A program made the translations under genes and the position numbers. From the IMG/VR virus record IMGVR_UViG_3300020195_000020, positions 1 to 64,000 of that record: DNA of 64,000 bases. One strand, given 5' to 3'. The notes below the pieces were generated by a model. It did not search any database, was not told where the DNA came from, and worked only from the letters and a program-made list of their open reading frames with translations. Below are positions 55,192 through 64,000 of this stretch, piece by piece (within the stretch, counting starts at the first letter, position 1; the number at the start of each line of letters is the position of its first letter). This DNA is from a virus.

Positions 55192-55647
55192 ATGAAGTTT
55201 GCTCAAGCGTCCGCGAAAGCGGCCCTGTTCGACCGCTGGAAGAATCGTCCGCTGCCCGACCCGAATCGCCCGCGCCCCGTGCTCGATGCGATCAAAGGCG
55301 CGTTGACCGAGCTGGTCAAGAATGGCGCCTCGACCATGATGCCGATGCTGCTGCAGCTCGCCCAGAAATACCTGAGCGGTCTGAGCACGCCCTCGAGCGC
55401 CGAGGCCTCGCTGCATGCGGACACGCTGGAAATGCTCGGCGAAGAGATCGCCAAGCACGGCAGCAGCGCCGCGAGCACCAGCGCGGATTGGGTTTGGCTC
55501 GGTCCCTGGCTGGAAGCTGGACTCAAGCAAGCCGGTCCGGTCGTGATTATGGACCTGCTCATGCTCTTGAATCTGACCGGTGCGCCGACCACGGCCGCCG
55601 AAGCTGGCGCGGACCCCGCGGCCGAAGCCAGCAGCGCGGCCGACTAG
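55192..55647 (+). CDS. Amphipathic helical hypothetical protein
   Basis: GGAG RBS, hydrophobic helices. Confidence 0.6.
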   Translation: MKFAQASAKAALFDRWKNRPLPDPNRPRPVLDAIKGALTELVKNGASTMMPMLLQLAQKYLSGLSTPSSAEASLHADTLEMLGEEIAKHGSSAASTSADWVWLGPWLEAGLKQAGPVVIMDLLMLLNLTGAPTTAAEAGADPAAEASSAAD

Positions 55648-55710
55648 TCGGCCAGCAACAACAACGCTAACGCTTCGACTTCGCAGGGACGCATGGCGGA
55701 GGCGTGACGG

Positions 55711-55944
55711 ATGGACAGATACACGGTGCAGGCGGCGCTCGAGGAAGCAACTGACGCCCAAGGGGTGTCCGAGGACATACGACAGTTCACGGACCAGGCC
55801 CTGTTGGGCGAAATGCTTCGCCGGCGCCGCCTGCATCTGGCGGGGCGAACCAGCAAAGTCAACGAGCAACAGCTCTTAGACCACTGGCGAGACCTGCTGG
55901 AGGGAGTAACCGAACCGTCCAGTCTGCAAGGAACCGTACCATGA
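55711..55944 (+). CDS. Hypothetical protein
   Basis: GGAGG RBS, overlaps the next start. Confidence 0.55.
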   Translation: MDRYTVQAALEEATDAQGVSEDIRQFTDQALLGEMLRRRRLHLAGRTSKVNEQQLLDHWRDLLEGVTEPSSLQGTVP

Positions 55945-57113
55945 AAACATTCTCGAAAACTCTGCTCGTCGCGCTGTGCCTTTGCACCTATTTGATTTCG
56001 GGGAGCGCCGGCGCCGACGAGCGAGTATTGCTCGCCCAGAAAAACGACGAGCAAGTTTCTCAGCCGCAGCCCAAGATCTCGCCGCAGCAGCGGGCACTGG
56101 TGACCTTGGGCGAAGCGCTCTACTTCGACACCCGAGTGTCGAGCGACAACACCACGAGCTGCAGCAGTTGCCATAGCCCTGAGCACGGGTTTGGCGATGG
56201 CCGCGACCTGGCCGTCGGTCGCATTGGCAGCCCCGAGAGCAACGGCCGCCGAGGTTTCGTCGGCACCCGCCGGACGCAACCGAACCTGAACACAATGCTG
56301 CGCGAGTACCTGAAAGACGAGCGAATGTTTTGGGACCTGCGCGCGGCTAACTCCGTTGCCCAAGCCACGATGCCGATCGAGAACCCGATCGAAATGGGGA
56401 ACCAGACTGTCGGCCAGGTCGCCGCCCGCCTGAACCAACTGCAGGGCTACCGGGATATGACCCGGGCAGCCTTCGGCGCCGACGAGCTCACGCCGCGGCG
56501 GATGGCCGAGGCTCTGGTGGCCTACCAGCGGACCGAGATTGTGGCAGTCGACACGCCGCTCAACCGCTATTACCAGGGCAAGGAAGATGCCGTCAGCGAG
56601 CAGGGCAAGCGGGGCGCGGCGCTGTTCAAGACCCACTGCATTTCTTGCCACTCGCCGCCGCTGTTCACCACGGGCGAGGCCTTCAACACCGGGATGGAGG
56701 ATCGCTTTAGCCGGCAACTCACCGCCGAAGCGGCCGCGCGCGGGGAGATTCGCCGCGAAGATCTTGGCCTGGAGCGGACGACCAAGAACCCCAACGACCG
56801 CCGCAAGTTCAAGACGCCCGGCATCATCGGACTGACTGCTCGCCGGCCGCCGTTGAACCTCAACCATCACGGCCAGATTCACTCAGTGCGCGACCAGATT
56901 GTGCACTATGCCGCCGCGGGCAACTATCGCCTGGGCGGCAACACTCAGACCTACCGCGACCCGTCGATCGACCCGCGGGTCGCCAAGATCAAGCTCGCTG
57001 ACAACCCTGCCGCGCTGGAACAGGCCATCTTGGACCTGGAGCACACCGTGCTCGTGGACCTGATGCCTGACGATTATCCAACTGGCGTTCGACGCCCGGA
57101 GCGGCTCCCCTGA
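55941..57113 (+). CDS. Di-haem cytochrome c peroxidase (bCcP/MauG superfamily)
   Basis: Signal peptide, LG.ALYFD.R.S, CSSCH, FWD.RA, Q...PI.NP.EM, CISCH and FKTP motifs. Confidence 0.93.
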   Translation: MKTFSKTLLVALCLCTYLISGSAGADERVLLAQKNDEQVSQPQPKISPQQRALVTLGEALYFDTRVSSDNTTSCSSCHSPEHGFGDGRDLAVGRIGSPESNGRRGFVGTRRTQPNLNTMLREYLKDERMFWDLRAANSVAQATMPIENPIEMGNQTVGQVAARLNQLQGYRDMTRAAFGADELTPRRMAEALVAYQRTEIVAVDTPLNRYYQGKEDAVSEQGKRGAALFKTHCISCHSPPLFTTGEAFNTGMEDRFSRQLTAEAAARGEIRREDLGLERTTKNPNDRRKFKTPGIIGLTARRPPLNLNHHGQIHSVRDQIVHYAAAGNYRLGGNTQTYRDPSIDPRVAKIKLADNPAALEQAILDLEHTVLVDLMPDDYPTGVRRPERLP

Positions 57114-58249
57114 TGTTTCGCTCACTGTTTGCCACGCTGATACTCGCGGCCCTGCTGGTGCCAGGCGAGCCCCTGCCGCATATCGCGGCCGATTCTGTCA
57201 AACCAGCTTTACAAAACCGCCCGGAGCCTGCGCAGTTTGCGTTACAGGACCAGGATGACCTGGCCGCCGACATCGCCCAACGCCTTACCGAGAAGTTCTC
57301 GACTGCGTGGGACCTGGCTGGCTGGGAAGTTGCGGCGATTGACGTGCCGCCAGAGGCCACCGGCGCCACGCCGCAAGCCAGGAAACTGTTCGCCAAAATG
57401 CGAGCCGCGGTGGCCGCCGACGGTCCGCCGACCGCACCGGTAGACGATGACCTGCCCCCGGCACCGCCGCCGCCGGCCCCGCCTCCACCAGCCGACGCGG
57501 CGCCGAAGTCCGAGCCCGCGAAACCGGACCCGCCGAAGCCTGAGACTCCCAAGCCGGAGCCAGAGCCCAAGAAGCCCGAGACCAAGAAGCCGGCCGACCC
57601 GCCGGTAGTTCGCATCCGGATCAACGGCGAAGACGCCCGCGACAACACGGCCACGGTCGACCTGGGAAAGCTGGTCGAGATTGAATTCTCAGAGTCTGGC
57701 GGCCCGGTGCGCGAACGGTCGATCACGATCGGCCCCAAACTCGACACTACGCACATGCGCAAGCTCGATACGACGCACGTCATTCTGGCGGCGCCGCCGG
57801 GCATTTACGACGTGCGCGTGATCGCGATCGGCACCGAGCGGGGCTTCTCAGAGCACCGGATCAAGCTGGTCATTCGCGACCCGCGTGCTGCCGAAATGGC
57901 AGAGCAAGCTAAGGCCCAGGCTGCCGCGGCCAGCCAACCCAAGACGCCGTCCGACCCGTTTGCCGAACTGCGCAAGCTGGCCGCCGGCATCGAGTCGCCC
58001 AACCGCTCGATCGAGGCCGCCGAGGTGGCCAAGGCCTTTGCCAGCCGCACCTCACTGGCCGACTCGATTGGTGCCGCGCGACTCGCCCTGATTGGAATCG
58101 GCGCGAACGCAACCAACTGGCAACCGTTCTTTGCGGGTGCCGAGCGAATCTTCGGCGACGTCCGCACGGAGCTGCGGACCGCTGGCAAGACTGTTGACGA
58201 GGGCAGGTTTCTCAAGGAGCTGGCCAAGATGCTGGGCGAAACGCCCTGA
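57113..58249 (+). CDS. Secreted Pro-rich multidomain protein
   Basis: Signal peptide, PKPE linker, Ig-like APPG.Y.V.V segment, helical C-terminus. Confidence 0.75.
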   Translation: MFRSLFATLILAALLVPGEPLPHIAADSVKPALQNRPEPAQFALQDQDDLAADIAQRLTEKFSTAWDLAGWEVAAIDVPPEATGATPQARKLFAKMRAAVAADGPPTAPVDDDLPPAPPPPAPPPPADAAPKSEPAKPDPPKPETPKPEPEPKKPETKKPADPPVVRIRINGEDARDNTATVDLGKLVEIEFSESGGPVRERSITIGPKLDTTHMRKLDTTHVILAAPPGIYDVRVIAIGTERGFSEHRIKLVIRDPRAAEMAEQAKAQAAAASQPKTPSDPFAELRKLAAGIESPNRSIEAAEVAKAFASRTSLADSIGAARLALIGIGANATNWQPFFAGAERIFGDVRTELRTAGKTVDEGRFLKELAKMLGETP

Positions 58250-58310
58250 CAGTAAGCGTATTCACGGGGCAGAAGAATGCCCCTTTCCCTGTTCGCAAAG
58301 GAGGACTGCT

Positions 58311-58688
58311 ATGTTCCGAATTCTGAGCGTTGCGTGCGTCGCGTTGGCCCTGATGCTGATGGCCAACACGGCCGAAGCCGGTCGGCGCGGCGGTGGCGGT
58401 TGCTCGAGTGGCGGGTGCAGCACGGGCGGCGGCGGTTGCAATGTCGGTGGCAGCAGTGGCTGCAATATCGGCCAGAGCAACACGTCGGCCTCGCAGCGTG
58501 ATCTGCAGCAGTCGCCGGCGCTGTCGATTCCCGCTCCGGCCGTGACGGCCAAGAAGCGTGCCGACGCCGCGATCGCCCAGGCGAAGCGGACCCCCAAGTA
58601 CGACCTGGCCAAGTGCGAGAAGCTGGCCGGCGCTGTCGACGCGGTCGAGCCGACTGGTAGTCGTCTCGAGATGCTGGCCCAGCGGTAA
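58311..58688 (+). CDS. Secreted Gly/Cys-rich protein
   Basis: AAGGAGG RBS, signal ending AEA, then GGGGCSSGGCSTGGGGCNVGGSSGC. Confidence 0.75.
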   Translation: MFRILSVACVALALMLMANTAEAGRRGGGGCSSGGCSTGGGGCNVGGSSGCNIGQSNTSASQRDLQQSPALSIPAPAVTAKKRADAAIAQAKRTPKYDLAKCEKLAGAVDAVEPTGSRLEMLAQR

Positions 58689-58791
58689 GCGTGCTTTCCG
58701 GCGCGGGTTACCGCGTCTCTGAATCAACCCGAGCGGCTGACGGCCGCAGTGGAGCTTGCTTTTTTCAACCGCTTTTTGAGGAGGTGCTTTG

Positions 58792-59448
58792 ATGCGTTCG
58801 AACCGATTCTTTCCGATGATCCTGGCCGCTGCGGTGGCCATCGCCATGGTGGGAACTGCCGTTGCCCAGACCGCCAGCGCGACCGCCGGCAACGGCTTTG
58901 CGGCTTCGCAGGCGGGCCCGGCAACGCCGGCCCCGAGTGACGCGGCCAACCAGTTCGCGGCCCCCGCGGCCACGAGCTCTGCCACCACCACGACGGCCGT
59001 CGCTCCGGCGGCGACCACCACGATCGCCGTGGTCCCGGGGGTTGTTGCCAGCAATGGCTCCAGCCGATCGCGATCGCGGACCAAGACCACGACGACGACC
59101 TCGGTCCAGCCCAATGTGAGCACGGGCACGGTCGTAACTTCTCAGGCTACGGCGCTGGTGCCGCAGACTGTATTGGTGCCTCAGACTGTGATGGTGCCGG
59201 TGCAAACCGCCACGATCGCGGCCAACACCGTCGCGGCCAACACGGGTAGTAGTACCGTGACGAGCACCACAACGACCCGCACGAATAGCCGCGTGAGCCT
59301 GGCGGATCGCCTGGCGGCTATGAAGGCGAGTCGCGCGGCGTCGCGAAGTTCTACCGTTTCGAGCTCGACGTGCAGTACCAACTGCAACACGGGCGGGGCC
59401 CGCACTCGGAGCCGGTCGTCCAGCCGGTCGACGAGCCGCAGCTATTAG
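58792..59448 (+). CDS. Secreted Ala/Thr/Ser-rich low-complexity protein
   Basis: GAGGAGGT RBS, signal ending AVA-Q, RS-rich tail with CSTNC. Confidence 0.75.
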   Translation: MRSNRFFPMILAAAVAIAMVGTAVAQTASATAGNGFAASQAGPATPAPSDAANQFAAPAATSSATTTTAVAPAATTTIAVVPGVVASNGSSRSRSRTKTTTTTSVQPNVSTGTVVTSQATALVPQTVLVPQTVMVPVQTATIAANTVAANTGSSTVTSTTTTRTNSRVSLADRLAAMKASRAASRSSTVSSSTCSTNCNTGGARTRSRSSSRSTSRSY

Positions 59449-59546
59449 TCCGGCTCGATAGCCCTTCGCGCCCGGATCTGTCTACGGCCACGGCGACAGT
59501 CCGGTGCGCGAAGGTTCTTTTCTCTCCTTCATCCCGAGGCACCACC

Positions 59547-60293
59547 ATGTGGCGCATCCTGGTCCAAAAGCTGCGACGTCGGAAGAAGCGGCCAGTCGTG
59601 GAAGTGCTGGGGATGGAGAACGTCGTCGGCGGCCTGGTCCTGATTCAGGCGGAGCTGCGGATGATGCGTCAACTACTCCGCTTGATCGACAAGAACCTCT
59701 CACGTTTGGTGGCGCCGCCGCCCGTGCGATGGTTGAGCTATATCCAATACGATGAAAGGTTTGCCATGGGAAAGCATTGGCTGATTTACCGCGTCAACTG
59801 GGACCCTGTGCCGGCCACGCAGAAAGACGTCGTCAAGCGGGTACTCAAGATCACATCCGACGGCGTGAGCCAGCTCAAGGAGTATCCGCCCGAAACGACT
59901 TTCGTCGACGGCATCGAGCTGCTCAAAGACTCGACCTGCCAACTCTCGATCACGCAGGTCGACGGCGACGGCAACGCGTCGGAGCCGGTCGCGTCGCCGA
60001 TCTTTGTCGTGCATGACAAGGTGGCGCCGCCGAGCGTGACCGGGTTCGGCTTGAATCAGTATTCCGAGCGGTTCGAGGAAGACCCCGCGCCCGAGGAGCC
60101 CGCTCCGGAAGAGCCCGCTCCGGAAGAGCCGGCCCCCGAGAACCCGGCGCCCGAGAATCCGGCGCCGGAAGAGCCCGCGCAGCCCGCGCCCGAGAACCCG
60201 GCGCCAGAAGAGCCGGCGCCCGAGCAGCCGCCGAGTGGCGACGGGCAGCCGCCCGTGCAATCCACCACGCCGCCTGACGAGCTGGTGGACTGA
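59547..60293 (+). CDS. Fn3/Ig-like protein with acidic EEPAP repeats
   Basis: V.WDPV...VD.DGN.SEP pattern. Possible internal start at 59766. Confidence 0.7.
   Translation: MWRILVQKLRRRKKRPVVEVLGMENVVGGLVLIQAELRMMRQLLRLIDKNLSRLVAPPPVRWLSYIQYDERFAMGKHWLIYRVNWDPVPATQKDVVKRVLKITSDGVSQLKEYPPETTFVDGIELLKDSTCQLSITQVDGDGNASEPVASPIFVVHDKVAPPSVTGFGLNQYSERFEEDPAPEEPAPEEPAPEEPAPENPAPENPAPEEPAQPAPENPAPEEPAPEQPPSGDGQPPVQSTTPPDELVD
60076..60225 (+). repeat. 15-bp coding tandem repeats (E[E/N]PAP)
   Basis: GAAGAGCCCGCTCCG-like units in tandem. Confidence 0.9.
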
Positions 60294-60327
60294 CCCGACC
60301 TTCCCGGTCTGACGGTTCCGGGAAACC

Positions 60328-60373
60328 GCGGCTGGCGCCCGAAGGACTGGGAGCCACGCCAGCCGCATTTTTT
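60328..60373 (+). terminator. Putative intrinsic terminator
   Basis: GCGGCTGGCG...CGCCAGCCGC followed by ATTTTTT. Confidence 0.5.
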
Positions 60374-60395
60374 ATCCCCCTGACAGAGAACGACC

Positions 60396-60707
60396 ATGCC
60401 AGACAATCGAGAGCGCCGCCTCAAGATCTACACCATGTCACGCCACGTCTTGCTGGCCGTGCTCAATGGACTGCCCAACGACGTGCATTGCCTGCCCATC
60501 CACGGTGAGATTCCGGAGGGGGCGGAAGTCATTGACGTGCGCGACGACTGGTCGCGGCAGTGCCTAACCCTGATCGTCTTTCACGAGAGTTTCCCGATCG
60601 TGCCCGACGGCAACGAACTGGAGATCGTAATGGACCTTGGCCGCCACCTGGTCAAGCGACCGGTCGAAGCGACACACGAGCTCGTCGAGCAAGCGGCCCT
60701 GTTGTAA
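60396..60707 (+). CDS. Hypothetical protein
   Basis: IP.GA.V..V......HESF..VP.G motif. Confidence 0.6.
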   Translation: MPDNRERRLKIYTMSRHVLLAVLNGLPNDVHCLPIHGEIPEGAEVIDVRDDWSRQCLTLIVFHESFPIVPDGNELEIVMDLGRHLVKRPVEATHELVEQAALL

Positions 60708-60741
60708 GGAAGCGACACCATCCAATCAGGAGCCCCGAACC

Positions 60742-61089
60742 ATGATGGTCCGAGAGCCCCAAGGCGACCGCGTACGACTCACCATCCCAACGCAGCTCGC
60801 AATTGTAGGCCTGGCGCTGGCGATCATCGTTCCACTGGGCGGCGCTATGGCAACGGCTTGGAGCTGGACTTCGAACGTCGACGTCCGCTTTACGAAGCTG
60901 GAGATGACCGCGACGCAGGCCTCTGAGAACACCAAAAACACCAACGAAACCGTGAACAAGTCGATCCAGAAACTCGAGACCAGCGGCGAAAAAACCCACG
61001 AGCTATCCGAGAAAATCCAGCACGACCTGACCGATCTGAGCAAGCGCCTCCGCCGCATTGAAAAAGCGGCCGGCACTGCGCAGCCATAG
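60742..61089 (+). CDS. Single-TM coiled-coil protein (holin/XhlA-like architecture)
   Basis: AGGAG RBS, TM segment then heptads ending RLRRIE. Confidence 0.6.
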   Translation: MMVREPQGDRVRLTIPTQLAIVGLALAIIVPLGGAMATAWSWTSNVDVRFTKLEMTATQASENTKNTNETVNKSIQKLETSGEKTHELSEKIQHDLTDLSKRLRRIEKAAGTAQP

Positions 61090-61101
61090 GAGCAAATTGC
61101 C

Positions 61102-61293
61102 ATGCGAATCAATGCCAACGACTTGAGCCCCCGCGAGTGCATTCCCGCGGCCACCGATCTGCCCATCAACGTGGCCGAGCTCGGCGGCCCGGGCGACCTG
61201 GTGGCCGGCGACGTCGCCCGCCTCTCGGCGAGCTGCGAACCCAACCGCGACGTTGCCGACCTGCCGCCCGGCACGAAGACGGTCCGGTCCTAA
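61102..61293 (+). CDS. Small hypothetical protein
   Basis: AGGAG RBS. Confidence 0.5.
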   Translation: MRINANDLSPRECIPAATDLPINVAELGGPGDLVAGDVARLSASCEPNRDVADLPPGTKTVRS

Positions 61294-61335
61294 CCCGCTC
61301 GCCTTGCCAGCACGTCCCGCACTCTGGAGAGCCCG

Positions 61336-64000
61336 ATGACCATTCGCAATCGCAGCCGCATGCGAGTCCGCCGCCCGGCCCGGGACTTTAACAATCGCCG
61401 GCCGGCGGACCGGTCGCGGCTCTACACGGGCCAAGGCGCCTATGGCAGCGTCCAACCGTTCGGCGACATCTCGACCCGCAAGTTCACGGTGGGCGGCACG
61501 GCTAGCTCGAACCTCGGCGTCCTCTGCTCGGTCGAGCGATGCCCAATGGTCATCAAGCTCGGCGGCAAGAACCTACTGGAGATCACCCAGGTCTCGCAGG
61601 ACAACGCCTTCGACTACAGCTTCTCGGCCATCATCGCGCGCAACTCCACGGACGGCGGCGTGACCTGGGGCGTGGCCAGGGAAATCTTCCGCCTCTCCGC
61701 GTATCAGGAAGGCGTCGAGTGGCTTAACGGGTTCATGGCCAGCGAGGAGCTGGACAACGCAGGCCAGATTCACATCCTGTTCTGCATCTTCACGGGCACG
61801 GGGGGCGTGATCGAGCGACCCTATGCGATGAAGCTCACCAGCACGGACCTGGGGGTGACCTGGAACTCGCCGGCACGATGCACATACTCGGCGGGCTACG
61901 TCAATGGCGTGGGTGAGATCAGTCAGCAGGTCATCAAGGTCAGCAACGCGGTCCCGGCCGGGATGCCGACCTGCTACACCACGGGCGACCTGAGCCTCGA
62001 CGCGCCGTGGGTTCACTACGCCTTCGGCCCTGGCAAGATCGTCAAGAAGGCGGACGGCACGCTCGTCGCCTTCGCCAATCACCGCTACTCGACGACCGGA
62101 ACCGCGACCCAGAAGCAGTCGTGGACCCACTGCATCTATTCGACCGACAACGGTGCGACGTGGGCGCTCGGCGGTGGCTACATCGAGCAGAATAGCACCA
62201 CGCAGTCGAACACGAATGAAGTGACGGCGTGCATCATCGACTCTTCCGACTCGATCCTGATCTCGTCACGCTGCACGAGTGGCTCGGGCCAGGTATGGCG
62301 GGCGATCACGACGATCACCAGCCACACGGCGAACTGGAGTTCCCCCACGTTCACGACCGACATGGGTGGCGCTGATTGCTGCGGCTCCATGTGCTGCCCG
62401 ACCAAGGGCGGGCCGATCTATCACTCGCTGGTCAGCAACGTCAACTCCAACAACACGTCCCAGCGAAATCACTTGGGGCTCTGGAAGTCCACGGACGCCG
62501 GCGCTACGTGGTCGCTGATCCAGACAATCAACCACGAGACGAGCGCCTACTCGGACCTCATCTACATCCCGGCCAGTCGCAGTTTCCATTGCACATTCGA
62601 GCGCTGCCGAGACGTATCGACGTTCCAGGCTTTTGCGGGCGAGATCAGCCGCAAGCTGTTTACGAAGAAGTGGGCCGACCTGCCGCAGGTTCGCATGGCC
62701 AGCTTCCCATTCAACGAGGATTCGTCTGGGGCGATCCCAACTACTGGACGACCGTTGATCTGCCACGGAAACATCGACGGCGGGGGCTGGGGCGGTGCTG
62801 GTGCGTCCTATAGCGCGACTGGCGCCGTGACCAACGGCACTAGTAACGGCATCTTCCTCCAGCTCGTCCAGACAGGAGCCAATGCCGGAGGCGGATACGC
62901 CAATCAGCGTGGCGGGCCGTGGGACTGGCCAGCCGGCGAAGCGATCACCTTGCAACTGATCGGCATCAAGACCGTCAGCGGCAGCAACCCCGCCCTCGGC
63001 AAAACCATCATTGGTAACCGTGATTCCGGTAACGGCACTGGCTGGCAGATCAATTCCGCTGGCAGCGGCTCGTTGACCGCCACGGCGTTCGATGGCCGCG
63101 GTACAGACGCCAGTGGGAGTTCGGGAACTGGCTCGACGGTAAAGGCTAGTGGCACCGCCGCGCTGAATGGTACGCGGCGAACGATGGCCCTCACTATCAG
63201 CGCTGACCGCACCCGCGTGCGCTGGTGGAAGGAAGCGGCAGACGGGACATTCTCGGCCGGCACAGCCGCTGACTGGAGCCTGCTGACCAAGGGGATCACC
63301 GGGTCGGTGTCAACGCTCATCGGCAATCAGCTCTCGTCGCCGAGTGATACCTTTGTCGCGTCCACTGGCGAGGCGGTGGACATCTACGAGGTGCGGATTG
63401 AACATGGCATCGAGCGCGACTCCGGGTTCACCGCATTCGCGTCGCTGGTCAAGGAGTCGCCGGCAGCGTTCATCAACGCGCCCACCGCACCGAGCATCCC
63501 AGCCAACGACCCGACGCTGATCGGCTCTGGGCTCCAGTCGTGGCTGCTCGCCACCCGCGACAACGGCTACAACGCCAAGGTCGATCCCTACGGCCGACTG
63601 CCAGCGTACATGCCGCGACAAAAGGGCTCTGGTGTCCTGAGCTACGCGGACATGATCGCCTCGTCGCGCGTGTTCACGGTGTCCAGCACCTCGCGCGGCC
63701 TGCACTACGACACTGACTCGATGGTCGGGCCGTGCTACCGCATGCAGTATTCGTCTGGCGCACACGCCTCGGGATACATGATCGCACCTGCGATCGGAAT
63801 CGCCGACTGGCAGTTAACGATGGCCTTTAGCTTCGCCGGCATCTTCTGGTTCAACAGCGAGACCGGATCGAGCCAGGTCATACTTGACTCCTGCCTCGGC
63901 GGCAATCTCCATGCCGGTGTTTGGCTCGCTCGGGTCAACAGTACCGGCAAGATTCAGCTCATCATCTCCAAGGACGGAACCAACACGTCGGCTTACGCAT
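61336..64000 (+). CDS. Sialidase (GH33-like beta-propeller) with LamG/ConA-like domains, truncated by the window end
   Basis: Not in the ORF track because it has no stop in the window. Own translation shows four Asp-boxes (STDGGVTW, STDLGVTW, STDNGATW, STDAGATW), ERCP, GPG, TNE, QR..L and SAYSDL. Confidence 0.85.
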   Translation, partial: MTIRNRSRMRVRRPARDFNNRRPADRSRLYTGQGAYGSVQPFGDISTRKFTVGGTASSNLGVLCSVERCPMVIKLGGKNLLEITQVSQDNAFDYSFSAIIARNSTDGGVTWGVAREIFRLSAYQEGVEWLNGFMASEELDNAGQIHILFCIFTGTGGVIERPYAMKLTSTDLGVTWNSPARCTYSAGYVNGVGEISQQVIKVSNAVPAGMPTCYTTGDLSLDAPWVHYAFGPGKIVKKADGTLVAFANHRYSTTGTATQKQSWTHCIYSTDNGATWALGGGYIEQNSTTQSNTNEVTACIIDSSDSILISSRCTSGSGQVWRAITTITSHTANWSSPTFTTDMGGADCCGSMCCPTKGGPIYHSLVSNVNSNNTSQRNHLGLWKSTDAGATWSLIQTINHETSAYSDLIYIPASRSFHCTFERCRDVSTFQAFAGEISRKLFTKKWADLPQVRMASFPFNEDSSGAIPTTGRPLICHGNIDGGGWGGAGASYSATGAVTNGTSNGIFLQLVQTGANAGGGYANQRGGPWDWPAGEAITLQLIGIKTVSGSNPALGKTIIGNRDSGNGTGWQINSAGSGSLTATAFDGRGTDASGSSGTGSTVKASGTAALNGTRRTMALTISADRTRVRWWKEAADGTFSAGTAADWSLLTKGITGSVSTLIGNQLSSPSDTFVASTGEAVDIYEVRIEHGIERDSGFTAFASLVKESPAAFINAPTAPSIPANDPTLIGSGLQSWLLATRDNGYNAKVDPYGRLPAYMPRQKGSGVLSYADMIASSRVFTVSSTSRGLHYDTDSMVGPCYRMQYSSGAHASGYMIAPAIGIADWQLTMAFSFAGIFWFNSETGSSQVILDSCLGGNLHAGVWLARVNSTGKIQLIISKDGTNTSAYA

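Larger units (their letters stand above)
1..64000. mobile_element. Temperate lambda-like tailed phage, probably of a Planctomycete (incomplete in this window)
   Basis: Continuous phage modules with no host housekeeping genes. The integrase and the putative cos are both internal, with phage genes on both sides. Confidence 0.9.

Overview
The whole window reads as part of one temperate, lambda-like tailed phage. The host is very probably a Planctomycete, based on a DUF1559 prepilin-like gene with an H-X9-DG motif, csrA, high GC and Cys-rich tail-tip proteins. Layout: (1) a leftward early cassette at 1-2.2 kb with a consensus sigma70 promoter and repeated structured spacers; (2) a lambda-like cosQ/cosN site at about 2.5 kb; (3) terminase, portal, S49 protease/scaffold, decoration, capsid, neck and tail genes at 2.7-26.6 kb, including a -1 frameshifting tail chaperone; (4) a leftward lysogeny block with an RHH-DUF1559 pilin fusion and a tyrosine integrase; (5) a rightward early/replication region at 29.9-52.4 kb with HTH, CsrA, GNAT, HAD nucleotidase, HerA-like ATPase, J-domain, DUF5131, two DNA methyltransferases, an initiator with iterons and RuvC; (6) a second operon from 52.5 kb to the window end. 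This last operon carries a near-identical copy of the putative head-gene promoter and encodes small membrane proteins, an exported thioredoxin, a signal-less subtilisin, a di-haem cytochrome c peroxidase, Cys/Gly- and Ser/Thr-rich secreted proteins and a sialidase. No canonical endolysin is recognisable in the window. The two best candidates for new biology are this late redox/protease module (a possible non-canonical lysis or envelope-remodelling system) and the RHH-prepilin fusion on a predicted leaderless, autoregulated transcript. All family calls come from motif recognition by eye, not from database searches.
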